Part shown: piece after piece, positions 16,903 through 25,700 of the stretch
Numbering within the stretch: the first letter of the stretch is position 1
How the letters are laid out: each line of letters starts with the position of its first letter
IMG/VR virus record: IMGVR_UViG_3300009515_000001
Origin: a virus
Taxonomy: Duplodnaviria > Heunggongvirae > Uroviricota > Caudoviricetes
Strand: one strand, 5' to 3'
Length of the DNA: 28,862 nucleotides
Made by a program: the position numbers and the translations under genes
Notes under the pieces: model-generated
Told to the model about the DNA's origin: nothing
What the model saw: only the letters and a program-made list of their open reading frames with translations
The model's database searches: none

Positions 16903-17881
16903 TCTGAAACATCTTCTTTAAGTTCAGTTTATCATAGTTTGCAACCAACATTCCTGCCATTACACCGATTATAACAACCAAAGGTAGCATACGATAAGGC
17001 CAAATAGAGTATGTACTCATTCCTGTTAGTATTGGAGAGGTCAAAATCATACCCAAAACAAGCAACAAGACAGGTTTAGAGTTCTTTATCTTCTTCCAAT
17101 TCATCAAAAGAAGAAACCCAGTAACAACTAGAATCAACAAAGTCGATTGATCATCAGCAAAACCCTGCCACATCCATGAAACAAAGCCACCAGCAAACTT
17201 TCTTAAATGAATTTCCTGTATCACTACCAAGCCCCCAAGAGCTGGAACTGAAAATTGCTTGATACTGAAAATCAGTACTACTCCTATACCAGCTAGAACT
17301 GAAAAAATATAGAAAGCTTTTCTGTTGTAAAAAAACTCAAAGATAAGAATGGCAGGAAGAAACAGAATTGTTATTGCTTTCGCTGGAACGGAAAAGATGT
17401 ACGGAACAACTGAAACATACCACCTTTTTGTTGTTGATAAATATAATGCAAAAATAAAAAGTAAAGCCCAAAAGCTAGGATATGTAACACTGGTGTCGTA
17501 AGTGTAAAATATACTGCTTTGTAGTACAACACCAACAGATACGATTCCTGCAAGTCTTTTTTCTGCAAGATTAACAGTAAGAAGATAGGTAACAACTAAC
17601 AACATAACACTTGAAGCTAGGACTAAAACCTTATAGTTTTGAAATAGTTGATAAGATGTTTCTAACAGAAGAAAGTGAAGTGAGTGCCTGAAATCATTTT
17701 CAATCCAGTCCACATCCCAAACATAAAGTCTTGACATTCTGCGATCATAATCAAAACAAGAACCAACACCTTCACATTCATCAAGCCATAATTCATTAAA
17801 TGAAATTCCGATATACATGCCGATAATAACGATCATGAACACAAAAGTCCAGTCTTTAGATAGATCAAAACCTTCGGACAT
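16895..17881 (-). CDS. Polytopic membrane protein, probable GT-C-fold (PMT/ArnT-like) glycosyltransferase
   Basis: About 9-10 TMs; first TM followed by an acidic loop, then HSLHFLLL...VVTYLL...AGIVS..VL.SSIF...YPSFWALLFIFALYL...K...LFLP...PYRMLP pattern typical of GT-C; own TATA box. Confidence 0.6.
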   Translation of the reverse strand: MSEGFDLSKDWTFVFMIVIIGMYIGISFNELWLDECEGVGSCFDYDRRMSRLYVWDVDWIENDFRHSLHFLLLETSYQLFQNYKVLVLASSVMLLVVTYLLTVNLAEKRLAGIVSVGVVLQSSIFYTYDTSVTYPSFWALLFIFALYLSTTKRWYVSVVPYIFSVPAKAITILFLPAILIFEFFYNRKAFYIFSVLAGIGVVLIFSIKQFSVPALGGLVVIQEIHLRKFAGGFVSWMWQGFADDQSTLLILVVTGFLLLMNWKKIKNSKPVLLLVLGMILTSPILTGMSTYSIWPYRMLPLVVIIGVMAGMLVANYDKLNLKKMFQIK

Positions 17882-17902
17882 GTAGCTAAAATCAAGCTAG
17901 AT

Positions 17903-17910
17903 GTTATAAA
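17903..17910 (-). promoter_or_regulatory. TATA box for the minus-strand gene starting at 17881
   Basis: Minus strand reads TTTATAAC at -29 to -22. Confidence 0.55.
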
Positions 17911-17970
17911 CATATCAGCAAAAATTCATCAAGAATAAAACTTAAAAACAAAACAAGCTGATACTATTGC

Positions 17971-18069
17971 ATGAGTAAAAGACAGCCAAGACCTAAGAAA
18001 AAGGGAATGTCTAAAAAGATAGATGGGGAAATTGGTGGCGGAAAACCAGGTTCAGGTTTTAACCGCTAG
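17971..18069 (+). CDS. 32-aa highly basic peptide, not in ORF track (MSKRQPRPKKKGMSKKIDGEIGGGKPGSGFNR)
   Basis: TTAAAAA at 17942-17948 (-29 to -23) precedes the ATG; lies directly upstream of the capsid-like gene. Confidence 0.6.
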   Translation: MSKRQPRPKKKGMSKKIDGEIGGGKPGSGFNR

Positions 18070-18115
18070 TCAACACTTATTTAAAATAAATGGATTAATA
18101 CCCATCAACTTTTCT

Positions 18116-18128
18116 TTTAAATAACCTA
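18116..18128 (+). promoter_or_regulatory. TATA box of the capsid-like gene
   Basis: TTTAAATAACCTA; the TATA part lies at -31 to -24 from ATG 18147. Confidence 0.7.
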
Positions 18129-18146
18129 AGAGATTAGTTTCAATTA

Positions 18147-18377
18147 ATGGTACTATCACTGGGCTTTATCCTAGCCTTCATTGGTGCAGCTGTTGCATTA
18201 CTGATCGGAATTTTGATATTTTCCGAAGTCAGTGATGCCATAATTTGCCCCGTTGGCCAGGGAAATACCGAGTGTGAAAATGCTAAGGACACTGCATGGA
18301 CTGTTATAGGTATATTGCCTGTGGCACTCTTCTTTGCCCTCTTTGCGATTTTTGGAGCCCTCGGTGGGCGTCAATAA
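18147..18377 (+). CDS. Probable major capsid protein of spindle-shaped archaeal virus type (two hydrophobic helices)
   Basis: 76 aa; helix-loop-helix with a ...IGILPVALFFALF second helix like SSV1 VP1/His1-type MCPs. Stand-alone unit with its own TATA box and a hairpin plus oligo-T terminator, as expected for a highly expressed gene. Confidence 0.7.
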   Translation: MVLSLGFILAFIGAAVALLIGILIFSEVSDAIICPVGQGNTECENAKDTAWTVIGILPVALFFALFAIFGALGGRQ

Positions 18378-18407
18378 ACGTAGAGTTGTCATTGATCACT
18401 CTCAAAT

Positions 18408-18450
18408 AGTGTGTGGAAAAACACACTCAAAACTCCTTTTTCTTTTTTTT
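18408..18450 (+). terminator. Hairpin plus oligo-T terminator after the capsid-like gene
   Basis: AGTGTGT-GGAAAA-ACACACT (18408-18427), then TTTTTCTTTTTTTT to 18450. Confidence 0.7.
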
Positions 18451-18517
18451 AAAATCCAAAAAACATCAGGTTTTGTTTTTCTAACTTGTAAAAGTTTCAC
18501 GTTTTAATAACAATTTA

Positions 18518-18554
18518 TGAAACACTAAAACAAAAAAATCTTGTTTGTGTTTCA
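18518..18554. repeat. Inverted repeat
   Basis: TGAAACAC(TA)AAACAA ... TTGTTTGTGTTTCA: 14 bp with a 2-nt bulge. Confidence 0.6.
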
Positions 18555-18561
18555 AAAATAC

Positions 18562-18638
18562 TGTAACACAAGAATTAAAAAATCTAGAATTGTTTCTTTT
18601 GCCATTTTTCATGTAACACAAGAATAAATAAATCTAGA
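18562..18638 (+). repeat. Two 27-bp direct repeats, 50-bp period
   Basis: TGTAACACAAGAATTAAAAAATCTAGA (18562-18588) and TGTAACACAAGAATAAATAAATCTAGA (18612-18638); 25/27 identical. Confidence 0.85.
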
Positions 18639-18640
18639 GA

Positions 18641-18677
18641 TTGTGTCAGACAATTCATAAAATAATCTTTAAAATAA
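18641..18677 (+). promoter_or_regulatory. Operator-like site TTGTGTCAGACAAT plus TATA box of the 18699 gene
   Basis: TGTCAGACAAT (18644-18654) is identical to 19050-19060; TTTAAAATA begins at -31 from ATG 18699. Confidence 0.6.
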
Positions 18678-18698
18678 CTGATTGATGTTAAAATCTAC

Positions 18699-19013
18699 AT
18701 GGCAGTAACAATAATTATAATTGCAACACTTTCAATTATTGCAACTGTCATGGCTGTTCTGGCACTAATGCCTGTCATACAAGATATGGGAACAGATGCT
18801 AGTGGAAGCTGGGATAAACAACAGGAATTAAAGAACATAACATGTAATCCTGCTGATAGTGAGTGCCTGGAACGTCAGATTAATGCAATTCGTTCATTAT
18901 CTGCAAGAGATAAAGCATTTACAGCTATTGTGGCATTACCAATATTCTTGATTGGAGCTATCGCGGCTTGGGCATTTTTGGCTGTAACTCGTAGAGATTT
19001 TGGAGAAGTCTAG
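18699..19013 (+). CDS. Two-helix hydrophobic protein, capsid-protein paralog (VP3-like minor capsid candidate)
   Basis: RDKAFTAIVALPIFL aligns with KDTAWTVIGILPVAL of 18147; CNPADSEC loop parallels CPVGQGNTEC; C-terminal WAFLAVTRRD. Confidence 0.65.
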   Translation: MAVTIIIIATLSIIATVMAVLALMPVIQDMGTDASGSWDKQQELKNITCNPADSECLERQINAIRSLSARDKAFTAIVALPIFLIGAIAAWAFLAVTRRDFGEV

Positions 19014-19022
19014 AAAATTTTC

Positions 19023-19068
19023 TTATAAATAACCTAGAAAGGTGATCAATGTCAGACAATGTCTGACA
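19023..19068 (+). promoter_or_regulatory. TATA box plus 19-bp palindromic operator over the RHH gene start
   Basis: TTATAAATAACCTA at 19023-19036; TGTCAGACA-A-TGTCTGACA at 19050-19068 is a perfect inverted repeat around one base. Confidence 0.75.
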
Positions 19069-19223
19069 CAAGGAAGAAGCTTCAGCGTAGAGTATCCTTT
19101 AGAATAACTGATCGCCAAGCCAAAGAACTTGATCGAATGATAAAACAAGGAATGAACCCATCAATGCAGTTCAGAACTGCTTTGGAAAAAATGATGCGTG
19201 ATGCCAGGAGAAGAAGATTTTGA
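19059..19223 (+). CDS. 54-aa ribbon-helix-helix transcription regulator, not in ORF track (MSDTRKKLQRRVSFRITDRQAKELDRMIKQGMNPSMQFRTALEKMMRDARRRRF)
   Basis: Alternating strand VSFRI, helix A TDRQAKELDRM, G turn, helix B S..FRTALEKM: canonical CopG/Arc-type pattern. Confidence 0.85.
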   Translation: MSDTRKKLQRRVSFRITDRQAKELDRMIKQGMNPSMQFRTALEKMMRDARRRRF

Positions 19224-19419
19224 TCAGTTTAAAATCACCACTGGATCTCAAATTCGATTCGGAGAAATATCTAAAAAAAGTAAAAGAAATGGAGGAAAAG
19301 AAAAAATGCTCATAGCTACTGAAAAGGACTGTCTTTGTAAAATTAAAATTATTTCATCTAAAGATCCTGAACACTGTAAGAACTGTAAAGGATACATAAA
19401 CTACAAGGTGGGAATGTAA
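19198..19419 (+). CDS. Small basic protein with a C-terminal Cys cluster
   Basis: CLC...CKNC; overlaps the RHH gene end. Confidence 0.6.
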   Translation: MMPGEEDFDQFKITTGSQIRFGEISKKSKRNGGKEKMLIATEKDCLCKIKIISSKDPEHCKNCKGYINYKVGM

Positions 19420-19499
19420 GTGGCAGTTTTAATTATTGTAAGATCAGCTCTAGAAAGACTAGAACAAAAAAAGTTCAAAGAATCAATGAGGTGGAACAA

Positions 19500-19751
19500 A
19501 TGGCAGTAGCAATTGTAGTTCTTGCAATCATTTCATTGTTTTCAGTTGGTATTGCGATGTTTACATTTCAACCAGCCATTTACGATCTTGCATATAACAA
19601 CTCATTTTGGGAAGATGCTAACAACGTTGATGTAAGATTACAGGTTCTTAGGGATTCTATCTACGGAGCAACAATAGCTATTCCAGCAATAATGGTAGGC
19701 GTAGTAGCTGTATGGGCTTTGCTGGCTGTATCAAGGAGAGATGATGTCTGA
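19500..19751 (+). CDS. Two-helix hydrophobic protein, paralog of 18699 (start corrected from 19491 to ATG 19500)
   Basis: GAGGTG SD-like motif at 19488-19493; MAVAIVVLAII parallels MAVTIIIIATL; RD...AIPA..G..A.WALLAVSRRD matches the 18699 protein. Confidence 0.75.
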   Translation: MAVAIVVLAIISLFSVGIAMFTFQPAIYDLAYNNSFWEDANNVDVRLQVLRDSIYGATIAIPAIMVGVVAVWALLAVSRRDDV

Positions 19752-22700
19752 TGGGCAAAAAGAGAAGAAAACCATACATGTCAAAACCAGATCCAGAACT
19801 ACGTGAAGTAAAATACATTCTACTTGGGGTTGTAATCGTTTTTCTAGGATACTTTGTACTATTTCCAGTATTATCTGCACCATCTATGTTTCTACTTCCA
19901 GAAGCTTATGCAGAAGATCAGAACATCATAATGCTAGGTGATGTAAATCGGCCACGACAGGGTGGAACTGGAACAACCTGTCCTACAATTACTGGACCAT
20001 CTAGTGCGACAGATGCAGGAACATCAACAATAAGACACTGGCGACAGTCGGATGCAACTGGATGTGAGGTTACAACTTGGACATTTGACTTGGATTCAAC
20101 AACACATGTACTTATTCCATCATACTTTAATGATTTTATAACAGGTCTAAGCTTCATTCATGATCCAACTGGAGTTTCTACAATGGGTTCTGCTTGTAGA
20201 TTGTATGAGGTATCAGAACAGGGAGTAGATCCAAGATTAAACATTACAGCCGCCTATGAGGTTGTAGATGGAAGAAATCAAAACATAGTTGGAAGTTACA
20301 ACAACTGTGATACTGGCGGAACAGCCCCAGAGTGGTTAAGTTCTGGAACTTCGAATTATCTTGATTCAATGGCATTAAACAGCACTTTCTTTTCTTATGG
20401 TATTCAGACATTATCTGACAACAGACAGGTAGCAAGTGATTCAACTCATAATGCCAATACATTTATGAAATTAAGATTCACCAACCCAACAGTTCTAACA
20501 AATACAATGTGGATGATGCAAGAACATCCAAAATTTCCATCTAGTGACATTACTGGTGGTTTCTTTGGAATTGACGATACGACATTTACAATGGATTCAA
20601 ACACATTAGATGATACGGAAATTGGTCAGGTAGTAGTCATCAAAGAATTTAACAAGACAACTGATAGTTTGGATGGTTCAAGTATTAGAATTACAGGTGG
20701 TTTAGTATCACAAACAAGTGCAGCTGATCAGTGGGTTAGAATTGAAGTAAAAGATGGATCTTATGGAACTCAAACCTTAAATTCATTTCCAGAAGATGAA
20801 TATGATACTTATCAAGACGGTGGATCACTTGGAGTGATCCATATTCAACCAACTACAAGTATAGAAACATTTGATATTTCATTTACACCTAATTGGTCAA
20901 ATTCAACAAACGATATAGTAACTGTATTCATAGGTGTAGATGATAACTCTACTGCTGGTTCTACAATTGCAAACATTACATCAGTCGAATGGGATTCAAT
21001 TATAAAATATAATTTTGAGGACATAAATCAATTAAATTTCTATGAAACATCAGTAGAATTATCATCTAATTCAGAGATAAGAGTTGGGGCAAATGACTAT
21101 GATGCAGGTTTTATAAATATGACAAATGTAACTGCTTCTGGATTTAGTCCAAGTACATTACCAACACCATCATCTCCAACTGACGGATTTGCAAATGCGA
21201 CATCGACAACAACAATAGATCTTACCTGGAATCATAATCTATTAAACGTAACAGACTTTGAAATTTCAAGAAACGGAACAAAGCTTACAGATACAAACAA
21301 CATAGATCTAAACTATACAGATACTGGTTTAACGGAGGAAACGCCATACGGATATACAGTATGTGCAATCAACGGTGATGTAAAAGAATCTACTTGTACT
21401 ACAATGGAAGCAGTAACACAAGCAACGCCAATTCCAGATCCAGTTTCAGACTTTGACGCAACCGCATTTGAAACTGGTGTTTTCTTAAACTGGACAAAAC
21501 CATCATCAACACCAGAACTAGACACATATCACATTGAAAGATCATTTAGTTTAAACGGAACATGGCAATTCAGGGAAATATTCCCAGGTTCAGGTGGTGG
21601 TTCAACTATCTGTGGATTTTCTGGAAGTAGCGGACCAAATGATGTTTGGCAAATGAGTTCAACAGGTTCAACAAATTACGGTGCATGTCAAACTTGGATA
21701 AACCTACCAACAGAACTAATCAATAACACAAAGGTTCACATTGATTGGGAAGGTGAAATACTTGGATTCCAAACAGGTACATACACAATTAAAACTGGTT
21801 ATGCTAACCAAGCTGTATTTGGAAATCCATTTACATCATTACCAGTATTAGATAGTTCAGATATTGTTATAGGAACACAAGGGCAACCAACTTTAGACAC
21901 AGGTCTTAATGTAATAGGAACACCAGTAACAAAAAGCATAGTTGTTACAACAGGATTCCCAAGAGAGATCTCCACCTATGAACCATCAGCAGGTGAGTAT
22001 GCAGCAGATACTTCAAATCCATACACTGCATTAGTAATTCAAGTAGAAGATGATATAACAGATGGAGGAGCACCAGCACTTAGAATATTTTCAGTAAATG
22101 TAACAGATGCCACAACTGATGAAACTTTAATGTTTTGGAATTTCACCGAAACTAACAATGCAGGTTTAGATAATAATATAGTATTCAATTACGATTATGG
22201 AACATTTGATGTAGATATTTCAAATACTGAACCAGATGATGCGACAATATTCAATACTTTTGAACCAGTAGTATCAGTAAATAGAGAGCAAGGATGGGAT
22301 GAACAGGGATCAATAACAGAAACATCAAAATCAATAGACTACGGTCCACAAACAAACGAGATCAGATTTAGAGATGATGGAAAAACAGTAATAATTTCAC
22401 ACCCAGTTGCAGGATTTGGAAATCCAATACTAAAACAGTACAACCTAACACAAGCATGGAATCTAACAACAGCAGTATTCTACAAAGATGAACCACTTAA
22501 CGAAATAAACAATATCTTAGATGGAACATTATCTGCATTTGATGTAAAACCAGATGGAACATTGTTGTGGGCTACTGATACAGTATCAGATGAAATATTT
22601 GAGTTTGAAATGACAACACCATGGGACCTATCAACCTTAGACTATACAGGTGGTAATAGCTTCTTTTGTAGAATGACAGGTGAAGATGCAGTTTGTGATA

Positions 22701-25700
22701 AAAGTAGTGCCGACAATATCTTTACACTTAGATTTACAACAGACGGTAGATTCATCATAGCCTTAGATCAAACTGGTGCATTAGGACAGACAGAAGATAA
22801 AATTTACAAATATGCCATGTCAACACCCTACGACATTGAAACATTGTTTGAAAGACCACAGGAATATGATCTGACTTCAGACGCAAATGGTGGTGACAGT
22901 TGGAACAACATGGCATTATCAACAAACGGAACTTTATTGTACTTGGTTTCACAAGAGGGTGGAACTTGTCCACAATCTGACATAGTACAAAGATTTGAGC
23001 TAAATAACCCATTCAACATTACAAGTGCCAATAAAATTGGTTTTGGTAGAAACATTTGTTCAAACATAGACAGCCCAACAGGACTAAACTTCAAACCAGA
23101 TGGAACAATCATGTATGTAACAGGTAGAGATGTATCTGGTGGGGCTTTAGACCATACAGCACAGTTTGCATTACTTGATGTTTCTGAACCTAACTCATAT
23201 TATGATTATGATGTTGAATTAAATACAGACTATAAATATCAAATATTTTCTGAAAACACAAATGGAAACAGTACAGTTACACAAAGTAATAGTGTTTTAA
23301 CAAATGACAAACCAGCACAGGTAACAGGATTAACCGCAGTAAGAAATACACCAACACAGATAGATCTACAATGGGATACAATTCCAGATACTTCAGGTCA
23401 AGGAGATCCAAGCACAGGCGTACTATTACAGGAATATAGAATTTTCAGAAGTGAAAATGGTGGTGCGTTTGAGTTAGTTGGAGTAAATGAAAGACAATCC
23501 CCACCAGCAATTTTCTTCAATGATACATCTGTAAATGCCACATTTTTCTATTCGTATAACGTAGAAGCTTGTAACGAACTTGGTTGTGGAAATAGTTCAT
23601 CATCATTCTTTGTTGCAACATCACCACCAAAACCACAGAACCTAACTGCAACTGCTGATATTGCAGATGTTTTGTTAGAATGGATCGGTAACTCAACAAC
23701 TGATGATGATTATAGAATTGAAAGAGGTAATGCAACAGTAGTCGGTTCATGGACATTAGGAACATCAATTCCTGATGAATATGACGTTTCATATAATATT
23801 GGGGCTGGAATATTTTTATCATCAGATGGACAATACCTATTCTTACCAGATGTACTTAGTGACACTGTAAATAGACATACAATGTCAACTCCATTTGAAA
23901 TAACAACTGCAACATCAACTCAAAACAGTACAGATCTTACTTCTACATTAGGATCAAAAGTATCTCAAATTACAGACATTCATTTTAAACGAGATGGAAA
24001 AACAATGTTTGTTTTAGATAATACGAATACAGACATTTATGAATATAGTTTAGGAACAGCTTGGGATCTTTCAACATTGGCATATAATGCTGAATTTACT
24101 GGATTACCTAGTGGTATGCAAGGATTCTGGTTTACAGAAGATGGTTTGAGAGTTTTTCTTGTTAGATCAACTACTGACCAAGTTTACAAATATAATTTAA
24201 CAAGTGCATGGGATATTTCAACAATAACATTTGCACAGGTAGTTAGTTCAGGAGCTTCAACAGGACCATTTGATATAATGGTTAGACCTGATGGTAAATT
24301 CTTAGGAATTTTAGATATTGGGGCTGGCTTGAATGATTCAATAGACGGATATAACATGACAACTGCATTTGATTTAACAACTTTAGTAGGAGCAGGTGGT
24401 ATGAATGTAGGTCAATCTGGTGCCTATGCTCCTGAACCAAGAAGTATGTTTATACCACCTGATGGAAGGGCGGCATACGTTGACCAAGTAACACCTGATG
24501 ATAAGGCATTTCAATTCAATCTTAATTCAACTCTATTAGATAACTTTTTGCTAGGGGAATTTGAGATCATTGTTCCAAGTTTGGTTGATTCAAATGTAGA
24601 ATTTCTAAGTGATGACTTTACAAAATATCCAGATAATGCAACAGCAGATCTAACATGGATTCCAGAAGTTACAGGATTTGATAGTGCAGATGATGTTGTT
24701 GGAGTAAATGCAACCTTAGATAAAATAATGTTCACAACAAGTACATCATCAGGATCGAATATTTTATTTGATCTCAATGCTTTACTTGGAAAAAATCTAA
24801 CTGATAGTTCTGGTGCTGGTGATTTTAATATGACATGGACTTCCGATTTAACACAACTTGATGGTGATTGTTCAAATCTTTGTGTTACTGGAGCTATGTT
24901 TGTTAACTTAATTGATAGGGATGCTACACAAGGAGGAACACAAACAGGTATCACAACTGGATATTTTTATCAGGGATTAAATCCTTCATTTGAAGATGAT
25001 ATTGCATTATATGTAATGGAAGATCAAGCACCATCACTTGATGAATTTAATGGAAATTGTAATAATCATGGACCTAATCCAAATCCAGAAACATTATTCC
25101 ATCAAATAACAAAAATTGGTAATGATATAAACTATAAAGTAGGAATCGATACAACTTATGGAGAGTGTTCAGTTAGTCATACAACTGTAAAAACACTTGA
25201 CGACATTCAATACTTAACGTTAAGAAGAACAGGAACAGGTTCTTCTAGTAACGATCATGGATTCAGATTTGATGACTTTTCAATATCAACTAACGGAACA
25301 TTAGTAACATTATACCGAGATAAAGACGTAGAACTTGGAACAGCTTATACATATAGAGTAACAGCATTAAACAGCACAATCCCATCAGAACCATCAGAAA
25401 CAGCTTCAGTTCTAACAAACGATTTCCCTGAAATAGTTGAAAATGCACAGGCAGAATTCAATATTCCAACCCAAGTCGATATTCAATGGGATGAGTTAGA
25501 CTTTGATTCTGGAGCTGGAAACCCAACAACAGGATTAAACCTAACAAAATACCAAATTTTCAGGCAAAACGTTACAGCCGCAACACCCTATGAACTAGCT
25601 GGGGAAGTGTTTGCCTCAAGCCCACCACCAAACTTCTTTAACGATACTTCTGCCACATTTCCAAGTGTTTTTAATTACCAAATTTCAGCCTGTAATGCTT

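Noticed and set aside
18562-18638. 27-bp repeats read as a mini-CRISPR array
   Set aside because: Only two copies, a 23-nt gap, no dyad or typical repeat end, and no cas genes; better read as iterons or operator sites.
19049-19066. ATG 19049 with GGTGA upstream as the gene start
   Set aside because: It yields only MSDNV-stop; promoter spacing and the RHH pattern favour ATG 19059. A regulatory mini-ORF role cannot be excluded.
19420-19509. Possible 29-aa GTG ORF (MAVLIIVRSALERLEQKK...)
   Set aside because: It fills the gap but has no motif or other support; left uncalled.
18147-19751. Type IV pilin or archaellin interpretation of the small hydrophobic proteins
   Set aside because: No class III signal peptide (basic-G cleavage site then hydrophobic helix) and no assembly ATPase or TadC-like gene in view; the virus-like context fits capsid proteins better.
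22292-24530. Diversity-generating retroelement acting on the adhesin repeats
   Set aside because: No reverse transcriptase and no near-identical template/variable nucleotide pair seen; the repeats are old and visible only at protein level.
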